Under the pieces are notes generated by a model. The model saw only the letters and a program-made list of their open reading frames with translations, ran no database searches and had not been told where the DNA came from. A DNA stretch of 64,000 nt, from assembly GCA_964016885.1 (NCBI GenBank), contig OZ024761.1, positions 3,720,001-3,784,000 of the forward strand, written 5' to 3'. This DNA is from Eledone cirrhosa. Its lineage: Eukaryota. Every line of letters starts with the position of its first letter. The first letter of the stretch is position 1. Positions 48,372-61,500 of this stretch are shown piece by piece. The position numbers were made by a program, and so were the translations under genes.

Positions 48372-48508
48372 TTATGTTAATAGGAGTTAGGTATTGTATA
48401 CCCGTGTCCCATTAAGGTATTGGCAGCATAATAATTAGCTCTATGCTTTGGAGCCGTATATATGATAAAGAACACAAGAGCGTCTACAACATCAAAAGAT
48501 TTTTATTG

Positions 48509-48553
48509 GCTTACAATGTTTCTTCCTTACGTAACCGTAGGATTCGTCAGAGC
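48509..48553 (-). ncRNA. Minimal type I hammerhead ribozyme
   Basis: gct-CTGACGA-a tcctacg gtta cgtaagga a-GAAA-ca t tg-TA|agc. Confidence 0.65.
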
Positions 48554-48884
48554 TATAAAAGGGGTTTGATTGGTGTTATGGACTCTACCAACCAAACATT
48601 CAAGAACAAAGAGTAAAGAGAGTAAAGAGCAAAAGTAGGGGACGATAAGTCTAATTTTGGTGCGGGAGGGTGGGGCGTGGGTCCTTGTTTACTAGCTGCG
48701 GTCATATTCATTCCCGGGAGTCGAGTGGTTAGCTGAACCATAGATGGGGTGGCGTCGATAGTATGGTGCAGAGGGTGTGCAGAGGCTACACACACACAAA
48801 GCGCATACAATATATATATAACGGAGGAGAAAGTACATGAGGTAATTAGAAATGGAAAAAGAGTAATAATAATAATCTATAATT

Positions 48885-49002
48885 AATTGTTTCTACTTTA
48901 GGCACAAGGCCAGCAATTACCCAGTGCATTACTGGTACTTTATTTTATCGACCCCGTAAGGATGAAAGGCAAAGTCAACCTCGGCGGGATTTGAACTCAG
49001 AT
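48885..49002 (-). mobile_element. tRNA-derived SINE, partial
   Basis: Same family as 7515-7885. Confidence 0.82.
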
Positions 49003-49368
49003 CGTAATAATCTATAATTAATAATGTATAATAAGGCATGGGGAAGATTACACTATAATAAGGTATAAAAGTAAGAATAAGGTAAAATATAAAGGAGGAT
49101 AAAAGTGAAAATAAGAATAAAGATAAAAAAATATATATATAAAAAAAATATAGAAAATATATAAAGAAATATAAGCAAGTATTTGAAGGGGAAAACACAA
49201 TGTAAAACAACCGATTTTTTCAAATAAAAATATTATAATTATGGGGGGAGGAAACGGGATAGAGAAATGTGATTAGTTGAGAGAATATAAGATGATAATA
49301 GTTATGTCAAGTTTATACATCTTAATAATAAATAATCTGTATATCAGAGTTACAGGACCTTCAATTCA

Positions 49369-49900
49369 CTTACAGGTTCAAGCCACGTGGCATAGTCCAT
49401 TGTTTATCTATGTAGTCATGTGCGTTTTGTTTTTGACACCACAGCAGATGCACAAGTTCGTAAATTCCAATGCAGATAGAAATCTATTTTTGCTCACCCA
49501 GACATTGACGGAGGATCCAATATTCCTAGTTCAATATGTGTGTGTGGTGTTATTTTGGTCGCACAAATCAATCACTTGGTTCAATATTATGGAGTATGGT
49601 TTTCTGGTCTTCGTAACAGTGTCAGTGGTTGTATATCTCGAAATCACAAGGATCACAGTACTCCGTTTTGGTGTGATTATCGGTCATCCAACTATGTTGT
49701 CGGTGGTTGGATTCAATTCTATTGCCCCGAACGTAGAACTTTGGTGTCGATAGAACATTAACGAGGCAGAGTGAGATCGCATCTGTGGTACAAAACGGTA
49801 CGCAAGGAAATTCTTCGTCTTCGTTTCATCCGGGTCCAGCAGTCACGTGCAAGAACCGCTACGTAGTAATTGTGGGGTTAATCGGTCAAGATAGTAACTG
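49369..49900 (-). pseudogene. Highly decayed PLE GIY-YIG endonuclease end
   Basis: Minus-strand frame ends ...CIGIYE...YIDKQWTMPRGLNL* (P.GLN terminus typical of PLE endonucleases); same-strand hammerhead about 800 nt downstream. Confidence 0.5.
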
Positions 49901-50029
49901 ACCGAAAATTCTCTGTCATGCCTGTCTGAATTCCTGTCATGCCTGTCTGAATTCCTAAGGATAAATATATATCAAATATATAAGAACCCTAGAGCAAATC
50001 CCGAGCAACGCCGAGCCATTCTGCTAGTA

Positions 50030-50462
50030 TAAACTATATTAAAGGGAGGAGTGCGGGACAGTGTCCAGAATATATTTTTTTAATCCCGTTTGTAAAATAA
50101 GTTGGATTACTTTGAATAAATAATGAATGAATATTAGATAATTTATCTACTAAATTTCGTTATTTTTGATTAAATATAAATAATTTTGTCGCTTATTTTA
50201 AGATTCACTTGTTTAAAATTTTCAAATGTCAACACTTCCGGTTAGCGATCGCTTAAATAAACAGTCATATATTTCCATCAATGGATTACGTTACTGATTA
50301 CATAAAACAGTGTAACGCAGTCTTCGTTCAATTTCTGTGTATATTGTCAATTACGATTTTATTTGATGTATCATATCTACATGTATATATACTTGCGTAT
50401 AATATCAATATACACACTACACAGGCTAGCAGAAAACCACCCTTCGGGTGGTTTTCTGCTAG
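50030..50462 (+). mobile_element. Helitron-like element, same family as 23171-23699
   Basis: Shared body of about 200 bp; terminal hairpin ctagcagaaaaccaccc-ttc-gggtggttttctgctag. Confidence 0.65.
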
Positions 50463-50804
50463 GCATATAATAGAGCATATACAACAAATTCAAATGAATT
50501 AAATACGCACACACACAAACAATTTATAATTATGATTTATTTCCTGGTATCAGAATTTTCGTCGCACTGTTTGCGACATGGTCAGTGAGAAAGTGTTAAG
50601 AGAGTTATCTCCCTGGAAACGGCTTGTCTGATAGAGAGGTTCGCTAGCTCTCTCTCTCCCCACACTTTCATCAATAAACAGCAACAACAGAGAAATAAAT
50701 AACAGAATGAGCGAAACAGCATCTGGACAAATGTTGCGGAGAGAGAGGAAAATCGATGACATGGTTAATTATGTTAGCCATTTTGTATATTTAGAGAAAA
50801 GAAC

Positions 50805-51263
50805 GAAGGAGATAGATATAAAGATAGAGATAGGTTTGTAGAAAGAGATGTATATGGATAGGTAGAAAGACAGATAGATAGACATATAGATATACAGATA
50901 GACAGATAGAGAGATAGAGAGATAGATAGATAGGTGGATAAAGAGTGGGAGGGAGAGGTAGACAGCTAGATAGAGAAAGGGAGGGAGGGAGAGGTAGGCA
51001 GCTAGATAGAGATAGTAGATAGATAGGTCGATAGATGGATAGAGAGAGGTAGTGAGGAGGAGATCGTCAGGCAGGCCTATAGATATTGATAGAGTGAGAG
51101 AGAGAGAGAGAGTGTGTGTGTATGAGAGAGAGAGAGAGATATGCAGAGTTAAAGAGTGAGTGAGAGAGAGAGAGAGAGATGCAGAGATAAAGAGTGAGAG
51201 AGAGAGAGATGCAGAGTTAAAGAGTGTGTGTGATAGAGAGAGAGAGAGATGCAGAGATAAAGA

Positions 51264-51300
<37 letters not shown>

Positions 51301-53203
51301 GGAGATAAAGAGTGTGTGTGAGAGAAAGAGAGAGAGAGATACAGAGATAAAGAGTGTGTGTGTGAGAGAGAGATGCAGAGAGAAAGAGTGTGTGTGAGAG
51401 AGAAAGAGATAGATAGATGCAGAGATAAAGAGCGAGATATATATAGAGAGAGATAAAGATAAGTAGAGCGAGAAGGAGAAAGAGAGAGAGAGGTATTGTG
51501 TTGTTTCTATCTGAATAGGAAAATAAGAGTAGCCGAGACGGTGCTGTATGGTGGATATTGTAAATAAGATTGTGACTGGCGGAATAACGAGATACGGTTT
51601 CACTTTCAGGTAATGTTAGCATATTTCTTCATTTTCATTTCAGGGGGTAAACACACAGAGACACACGGCGACAGACACAGACACAGAGACACGGGGACAG
51701 ATACACACAGACACAGAGACACGGGGACAGATATACACACACAGACATACGGGGATTGAGACACACAGAGACACACGGCGACAGACACAGAGACACGGGG
51801 ACAGATACACACAGACACAGAGACACGGGGGCAGATACACACACACACACAGAGACACGGGGACAGATATACACACACACACAGAGACACGGGGATTGAG
51901 ACACACAGACACACGGGGACAGACACAGAGACACGGGGACAGATATACACACACAGACATACGGGGATTGAGACACACAGAGACACAGACACACGGGGAC
52001 AGATACACACAGACACAGAGACACGGGGACAGATATACACACACAGACACACGGGGATTGAGACACACAGAGACACACGGGGACAGATACAGACACAGAG
52101 ACACGGGGACAGATACACAGAGACACAGAGACACGGGGACAGATATACACACACAGACACACGGGGACAGACACAGACACAGAGACACGGGGACAGATAT
52201 ACACAGACACAGAGACACGGGGACAGATATACACACACAGACACACGGGGATTGAAACACACAGACACACTGGGACAGACAAAGAGAGATTCACAGACAG
52301 AGATACACGGAGGCACACAGAGATACACGGAGACAGATACACGGGGACAGATATACTGAGACATATATACACGGAGACAGACACAGGCAAACACACGGGG
52401 AGAGACACAGACACGGATAGACACACAGAGACACAGATACATGGGTATAGATACATACAGACTCAGACAGACTCAGACAGACTCAGACAGAGGGACAGAG
52501 ATGCACGGAGACAGATACATGGGGACAGATACACGGAGACAGAGACAGAGAGTTGTAGAGCACCAGAGCACTGTACACAATAATTTCATTGTTATTTTTA
52601 TTAAAGATAAAGTTACATTTGTATAAATACAGTATGAGTAACTGAGACTGCACAAACGTGTATACATATATAGAAGAGACAGACACGGGGACAGATACAC
52701 GGGGACACGGATAGACACACAGAGACAGAGACACACGAGGACAGACATAGGGAGAGATACACGAGGACAGATACACGAGGACAGACATGGTGGGGACAGC
52801 TACACGTGGACAGATAGACGGGGACAGATAGACGGGGACAGATAGACGGGGACAGAGACATGGGGACAGATAGACGGGGACAGATACACGGGGACAGATA
52901 CACGGGGACAGATAGACGGGGACAGATACATGGGGACAGATACACGGGGACAGATACATGGGGATAGATATACGGGGACAGAGACATGGGGACAGATACA
53001 CGGGGACAGCTACACGGGGACAGATACATGGGGACAGATACACGGGGACAGAGACATGGGGACAGATACACGGGGACAGATACACGGGGACAGAGACATG
53101 GGGACAGATACAGACAGACGAGGACAGACTAAAACACAGGGACAGAGAGGCACAGATGCACGGAGATAGATACATACAGACAAATAGACAGACACACCCC
53201 CGT

Positions 53204-53250
<47 letters not shown>

Positions 53251-53618
53251 CTAACATACACTGACACACACACGCAGAGACACACACATGGACAGACAAA
53301 CGCACACACACAAACAAACATACACATACACAGACACACACACACGCAGAGATAGACACAACCCAACTACACACACGACACTCACCAGCACACACACAAA
53401 CGCAAACACACTCACACACAAACAAACATACACAGACACACACACACACACGCAGAGATAGACACAACACAACTACACACACGACACTCACCAGCACACA
53501 CACAAACGCAAACACACTCACACACAAACAAACATACACAGATACGCACACACCACACCACACAGACCAGCACATACACAAACAGACACACACTCACACG
53601 TACACACACAAACACACA
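50805..53618. repeat. Compound GA/GATA/CA microsatellites and acacggggacagat-based minisatellites
   Basis: Direct reading; unique island at about 51495-51650. Confidence 0.9.
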
Positions 53619-53884
53619 TTAAAGACTACAGTCACCACTCACTATCGAGTATGACGTGGTAGTATGAAGCATGCTTTCGCTAATGGTGTTAGAGGCCCTT
53701 GACAGCAGTGGTAAGACACATCAAACCTCTCTCTCGCATGCCTAGCCTTCCGACTCTAGGGGTTTCATTGGGGGGCTTAAACCCCTCCAATAATGTGGAA
53801 ATTTGTTGAATAATCTTAGTTTTTACTGATTTTCTATCGACTCTAAATATGTTAGTATGATCTTGTCTTTAATATCTTCCTTAA

Positions 53885-54859
53885 CCCATTACCATCTACA
53901 TTACTCTATTGTATTTTCACAGTAAAGGCTTTACCTCACATAATATCTCACAACATTTACATTACTCGATATATACTCTATTGTATTTTCACAGTAAAGG
54001 CTTTACCTCACATAATATCTCACATAACATTTACATTACTCTATATATACTATTGTATTTTCACAGTAAAGGCTTTACCTCACATAATATCTCACATAAC
54101 ATTTACATTACTCTATATATACTATTGTATTTTCACAGTAAAGGCTTTACCTCACATAATATCTCACATAACATTTACATTACTCTATATATACTATTGT
54201 ATTTTCACAGTAAAGGCTTTACCTCACATAATATCTCACATACCATTTACATTACTCTATATTTACTATTGTATTTTCACAGTAAAGGCTTTACCTCACA
54301 TAATATCTCACAACATTTACATTACTCTATATTTACTATTGTATTTTCACAGTAAAGGCTTTACCTCACATAATATCTCACAACATTTACATTACTCTAT
54401 ATTTACTATTGTATTTTCACAGTAAAGGTTTTACCTCACATAACATTTACATTACTCTATATACACTATTGTATTTTCACAGTAAAGGCTTTACCTCACA
54501 TAATATCTCACATAACATTTACATTACTCTATATATACTCTATTGTATTTTCACAGTAAAGGCTTTACCTCACATAATATCTCACAACATTTACATTACT
54601 CTATATATACTATTGTATTTTCACAGTAAAGGCTTTACCTCACATAACATTTACATTACTCTATATATACTATTGTATTTTCACAGTAAAGGCTTTACCT
54701 CACATAATATCTCGCATAATATTGAATCTACACGATTTTCATGTTACTTATTTTGATAACAGTACCTTAACATCAGTATGAGCGGCCAGTTATGGCCAGT
54801 TTGAACAGAAAGAGGTGAGAGAATACTGGCGGGATACGGCTGGTTTAAATGCTAAAGGG
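53885..54859 (-). mobile_element. piggyBac-type MITE with internal array, opposite orientation to 2405-3555
   Basis: TTAA|CCCATTACCATCTA ... TAAATGCTAAAGGG|TTAA; same array unit and same unique subterminal segment. Confidence 0.86.
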
Positions 54860-54899
54860 TTAATCTTGTATTGGTAGTAATAAAGTGGGAGCTAACGAT

Positions 54900-55490
54900 A
54901 ATTTCTAATTTAGGCACATAGCCAACAATTTTTAGGGAAAGAGAAAGTCGATTAAATCGACACCAGTGCATTACTGGTACTTTATTTTATCGGCCTCATA
55001 AGGTGAAAGGAAAAGCTAACCTCGGTAGGATTTGAACTCAGTACTCTATACTGCAAAGCATGGTCCTACTGATACTGCCAACCCACCAAGCTAATAATAA
55101 CAATACATATATGCAGTATATATACTTAAGCCCTTCCCCTAATTCCCAAACTGTAACGGAAGTGGGATAGCTGGAAGGGGTGAGAGGGAACTGCACCAAT
55201 ACTGGACTGGTACTGTTATTATTGACCCCTGAAAAGATGAAACGCAAAGTGGATTGTGGTGGAATTTGAACTGTTGACACCGACACCATAGCCATTACTC
55301 TAATGACTCTAGGAAACCAACTGCCCAACACAAATTGTTTCTGATTTAGGCACAAGGCCAACTATTTTTACTGAGGGGAAAGTCGATCAAATCAACTCAG
55401 TGTGTTACTGCTACATTATTTTATCAACCCTGAAAAGATGAAACACAAAGTGGACCCCAGTGGGACTTGAACTCATGACACCGACACCAG
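54900..55490 (-). mobile_element. Cluster of diverged tRNA-SINE copies
   Basis: ggcaca.ggcc...actggtactttattttatc...gatttgaactc motifs, about 3 copies. Confidence 0.75.
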
Positions 55491-55650
55491 GAATAAATAT
55501 CCAATGCTCTAAACGAGGGGTGTGCAACATGCACCCCGCGGGCCACAATCCGGCCCACCAAACCAGTCAGAGTGGCCCACGATGACCGTTTTTTAATTTT
55601 TACCTTATAGGCTTATTTAGAATTTTTTTGTAACCGTAATACTTCTGTTA

Positions 55651-56688
55651 ATTGACCTATACTAAAGGGTTTCACTGATAGGGATATGTGTGTTATAGTT
55701 TCCCAGTTGACCTATACTAAAGGGTTTCACTGATGGGGATATGTGTGTTATAGTTTCCCAGTTGTCCTATACTAAAGGGCTTCACTGATAGGGTTATGTG
55801 TGTTATAGTTTCCCAGTTGACCTATACTAAAGGGTTTCACTGATGGGGATATGTGTGTTATAGTTTCCCAGTTGTCCTATACTAAAGGGCTTACCTGATA
55901 GGGTTATGTGTGTTATAATTTACCAGTTGACCTATACTAAAGGGCTTCACTGATAGGGATATGTGTGTTATAGTTTCCCAGTTGACCTATACTAAAGGGC
56001 TTCACTGATAGGGTTATATGTGTTATAATCTCCCAGTTGACCTATACTAAATGGTTTCACTGATGGGGATATGTGTGTTATAGTTTCCCAGTTGTCCTAT
56101 ACTAAAGGGCTTACCTGATAGGGTTATGTGTGTTATAATTTACCAGTTGACCTATACTAAATGGTTTCACTGATGGGGATATGTGTGTTATAGTTTCCCA
56201 GTTGACCTATACTAAAGGGCTTCACTGATAGGGTTATGTGTGTTATAGTTTCCCAGTTGACCTATACTAAAGGGCTTCACTGATAGGGTTATATGTGTTA
56301 TAATCTCCCAGTTGACCTATACTAAAGGGTTTCACTGATAGGGTTATATGTGTTATAATTTACCAGTTGACCTATACTAAAGGGTTTCACTGATAGGGAT
56401 ATGTGTGTTATAATTTACCAGTTGACCTATACTAAAGGGTTTCACTGATAGGGTTATGTGTGTTATAGTTTCCCAGTTGACTTATACTAAAGGGTTTCAC
56501 TGATAGGGTTATGTGTGTTATAATTTCCCAGTTGACCTATACTAAAGGGTTTCACTGATAGGGTTATGTGTGTTATAGTTTCCCAGTTGACCTATACTAA
56601 AGGGTTTCACTGATAGGGTTATATGTGTTATAATTTACCAGTTGACCTATACTAAAGGGTTTCCAGTTGACCTATACTAAAGGGTTTC
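55651..56688. repeat. 55-bp minisatellite, about 18 copies
   Basis: gttgacctatactaaagggtttcactgatagggatatgtgtgttatagtttccca. Confidence 0.96.
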
Positions 56689-57344
56689 CTAGTCCAAGTG
56701 GTGCCCACATGAAGGGGGCACCACTTGGACTAGGAGCACATGCTATGGGTGCCACATGTAGGGGGCATCACTTGGACTAGGACCACGTGCCATGGGTCCC
56801 CCTTAGACTAGGAGCAAATTCTATTAAAGTCAAATAAACCTTGTCAGAGAGTGAGAAAAGAAACTCCATCAGATGTATGATCTGGCTCTATCATGGGTGA
56901 GAACACTAGGGTGGCTGGATCATTAAACCATTTATATAAATTGTTAGACCTCCATAGGTAGAAATACAGTGCTGGGCAGGGGTGCAATATCACTGCTTGC
57001 CATAGGGGCTATTTTCCCTAGTTATGCCTCTGATTTTTAGAGGCCCCAGTAAAGAGGGTTTCGCCTTCTCTAACACCTTCTTCAGATTTACAATGCAGCT
57101 GGCTCCAGGCCCTTGAAAAGAGGACACCCTCCTCACACATACACAATAATAAGGACCTCAGGTAAAGAAGAGTTTCCATAGATGTTTTCAGTTAGTGTTG
57201 ACATACACATAGAAACATATCTACACACTCACTCATCAACATGTATACACACACACATACATATATATAAACACACACATACAAACATATCTACATACAC
57301 ATATATACAGACACTCACTCACCAACATATATACACATACATAG

Positions 57345-58372
57345 TGCCCACAAAATACTAGCTCCTTCAACTGCGCAGAGGGTTCTATAGAAATAGTGGA
57401 CAGCTTCCGTTATCTGGGTGACAAAATCAGCAGTGGGGGAGGGTGCTCTGAAAGTACAGTAGCTAGAGTCAGAACTGGATGGAAAAAGTTCAGAGAGCTT
57501 ATACCACTATTAGCCGCTAGAGGGTTCTCCCTAAAAATGAAAGGCAGGTTATACGATGCCTGCATACGAACAGCAATGCTGCATGGCAGTGAGACCTGGG
57601 CATTGTGTGCAGAGGATATACGCAGACTAGAGAGGAACGAAGCTTGCATGCTCCGCTGGATGTGCAATAGTAATATACGTGAACGGCAAAGCATAAACGA
57701 ACTAAGGAAAAAATTAAAAATAAGAGGGATCAGATGTTGTTTACTCGAGAGAAGGCTACGTTGGTACGGTCACGTGATGCGCATGAAAGACGACAGCTGT
57801 ATAACAAAGTGCAGGGCAATAAAGATAGACGGTAGCCACGGAGTAGGCAGACCCAGAAAAACATGGGACGAGCTGATAAATTCCGACCTCACACGCTTAC
57901 ACCTCTCCAAGACAGTGTCACTGGACCGAGACCTTTGGCGGTACTCAGTAATAGAGAAGACCCGCCTTACCTAAATACAAAGTAAAAACCTACTACAGTC
58001 AGTAGGCACCTCTATCAAAACACACCCCCGTCCCACCACCTCCACCCCACCCACACCGCCCCTTTCAATGTAAAGTTATGTTGGTCCCACAACATCCAGG
58101 CCGAAACAAATGAGATCGTGTAGGTGTCACGACAAAAAACACACAGTCCACGCTGTAATGTGGCCGTGTAGGCAACACGGTAAAAACCTCCCAGCCCCAC
58201 ACTGTAAACGTGGTTGGTGTTAGGAAGGGCATCCAGCTGTAGAAAACCCGCCAGACAGTCCTATGCGAGCAAGACAACCACTCTTGCCTCAAGTGGGACT
58301 ACCCCCGTCCAAACCCATGCAAGCGTGGAACACGGACGCTAAACCTGATGATGATGATGATGATGATGATGA
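57345..58372 (+). mobile_element. 5'-truncated RTE-type LINE (family 2), frame open to the stop at 57974
   Basis: DSFRYLGD...MLHGSETW...RLRWYGHV...GRPRKTW; 3'UTR; (GAT)n tail. Confidence 0.93.
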
Positions 58373-58564
58373 TACATATATACATACACTCACATATATA
58401 CACTCACATACAAACATATATATATAGACACTCACATACCAACATGTACATACACGCACATACATACATATATATACACCCAGTCACCAACATATATACA
58501 TATATATACGCTCAGTCACCAAAATATCGACAACATCAGTTGGCACAAGAAAACATGTCAGCAT

Positions 58565-61500
58565 GAGATAGATATGGTGTCTGGTGAGATATAGTGTCTG
58601 GTGAGATATGGTGTCTGGTGAGATATAGTGTCTGGTGAGATATGGTGTCTGGTGAGATATGGTGTCTGGTGAGATATAGTGTCTGGTGAGATATAGTGTC
58701 TGGTGAGATATAGTGTCTGGTGAGATATGGAGTCTGGTGTGATATGGTGTCTGGTGTGATATGGTGTCTGGTGAGATATGGTGTCTGGTGAGATATAGTG
58801 TCTGGTGAGATATGGTGTCTGGTGAGATATAGTGTCTGGTGAGATATGGTGTCTGGTGTGATATGGTGTCTGGTGAGATATGGTGTCTGGTGAGATATGG
58901 TGTCTGGTGAGATATAGTGTCTGGTGAGATATAGTGTCTGGTGAGATATAGTGTCTGGTGAGATATAGTGTCTGGTGAGATATGGTGTCTGGTGAGATAT
59001 AGTGTCTGGTGAGATAAATATAGTGTCTGGTGAGATATGGTGTCTGGTGAGATATGGTGTCTGGTGAGATATAGTGTCTGGTGAGATAAATATAGTGTCT
59101 GGTGAGATATGGTGTCTGGTGAGATAAAATGTCTGGTGTGATATGGTGTCTGGTGAGATAGATATAGTGTCTGGTGAGATATGGTGTCTGGTGGGATAGA
59201 TATGGTGTCTGGTGAGATATGGTGTCTGGTGAGATATAGTGTCTGGTGAGATATGGTGTCTGGTGTGATATGGTGTCTGGTGAGATATAGTGTCTGGTGA
59301 GATATGGTGTCTGGTGAGATATGGTGTCTGGTGAGAAGTGGTGTCTGGTGTGATATAGTGTCTGGTGTGATATGGTGTCTGGTGAGATATGGTGTCTGGT
59401 GAGATATGGTGTTTGGTGTGATATGGTGTCTGGTGAGATATAGTGTCTGGTGAGATATGGTGACTGGTGTGATATAGTATCTGCTGTGATATGGTGTCTG
59501 GTGTGATATGGTGTCTGGTGGGATATGCTGTCTGGTGTGATATGGTGTCTGGTGAGATATGGTGTCTGGTGAGATATGGTGTCTGGTGAGATATGGTGTC
59601 TGGTGAGATATGGTGTCTGGTGTGATATAGTGTCTAGTTAGATATGGTGTCTGGTGAGATATAGTGTCTGGTGTGATATGGTGTCTGGTGAGATATAGTG
59701 TCTGTTGAGATATGGTGTCTGGTGAGATATGGTGTCTGGTGTGATGTGGTGTCTGGTGAGATATGGTGTCTGGTGTGATATGGTGTCTGGTGAGAAAGAT
59801 ATGGTGTCTAGTGTGATATAGTGTCTGGTTAGATATGGTGTCTGGTGTGATATGGTGTCTGGTGTGATATGGTGTCTAGTGAGATATGGTGTCTGGTGTG
59901 ATATAGTGTCTGGTGAGATATGGTGTCTGGTGAGATATGGAGTCTGGTGTGATATGGAGTCTGGTGTGATATGGAGTCTGGTGTGATATGGTGTCTGGTG
60001 TGATATGGTGTCTGGTGAGATATGGTGTCTGGTGTGATATGGTGTCTGGTGTGATATGGTGTCTGGTGAGATATGGTGTCTAGTGAGATATGGTGTCTGG
60101 TGAGATAGATATGGTTTCTGGTGAGATATGGTGCCAGGTGTGATATGATGTCTGGTGAGATATGGTGTCTGGTGTGATATGGTGTCTGGTGAGATATGGT
60201 GTTTGGTGAGATAGATATGGTGTCTGGTGAGAAAGATATGGTGTCTAGTGTGATATAGTGTCTGGTTAGATATGGTGTCTGGTGTGATATGGTGTCTGGT
60301 GTGATATGGTGTCTAGTGAGATATGGTGTCTGGTGTGATATAGTGTCTGGTGAGATATGGTGTCTGGTGAGATATGGAGTCTGGTGTGATATGGAGTCTG
60401 GTGTGATATGGTGTCTGGTGTGATATGGTGTCTGGTGAGATATGGTGTCTGGTGTGATATGGTGTCTGGTGTGATATGGTGTCTGGTGAGATATGGTGTC
60501 TAGTGAGATATGGTGTCTGGTGAGATAGATATGGTTTCTGGTGAGATATGGTGCCAGGTGTGATATGATGTCTGGTGAGATATGGTGTCTGGTGTGATAT
60601 GGTGTCTGGTGAGATATGGTGTTTGGTGAGATAGATATGGTGTCTGGTGAGATATAGTGTCTGGTGAGATATAGTGTCTGGTGAGATATGGTGTCTGGTG
60701 TGATATGCTGTCTGGTGAGATATAGTGTCTGGTGTGATATGGTGTCTGGTGTGATATGGTGTCTGGTGAGATATAGTGTCTGGTGTGATATAGTGTCTGG
60801 TGAGATATGGTGTCTGGTGTGATATGCTGTCTGGTGAGATATAGTGTCTGGTGTGATATGGTGTCTGGTGTGATATGGTGTCTGGTGAGATATGGTGTCT
60901 GGTGAGATATAGTGTCTGGTGAGATATGGTGTCTGGTGAGATATAGTGTCTGGTGAGATATGGTGTCTGGTGTGATATGGTGTCTGGTGAGATATGGTGT
61001 CTGGTGAGATATGGTGTCTGGTGAGATATAGTGTCTGGTGAGATATAGTGTCTGGTGAGATATGGTGTCTGGTGAGATATAGTGTCTGGTGAGATAAATA
61101 TAGTGTCTGGTGAGATATGGTGTCTGGTGAGATATGGTGTCTGGTGAGATATAGTGTCTGGTGAGATAAATATAGTGTCTGGTGAGATATGGTGTCTGGT
61201 GAGATAAAATGTCTGGTGTGATATGGTGTCTGGTGAGATAGATATAGTGTCTGGTGAGATATGGTGTCTGGTGGGATAGATATGGTGTCTGGTGAGATAT
61301 GGTGTCTGGTGAGATATAGTGTCTGGTGAGATATGGTGTCTGGTGTGATATGGTGTCTGGTGAGATATAGTGTCTGGTGAGATATGGTGTCTGGTGAGAT
61401 ATGGTGTCTGGTGAGAAGTGGTGTCTGGTGTGATATAGTGTCTGGTGTGATATGGTGTCTGGTGAGATATGGTGTCTGGTGAGATATGGTGTTTGGTGTG

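Larger units (their letters stand above)
47235..50027 (+). mobile_element. Non-autonomous Helitron with internal duplications and a nested PLE remnant
   Basis: a|TCtaaaacagagaatgtctgtctg start; 3' cccgagcaacgccgag hairpin remnant plus ttctgCTAG|t; subterminal block duplicated at 48098 and 49957. Confidence 0.65.
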
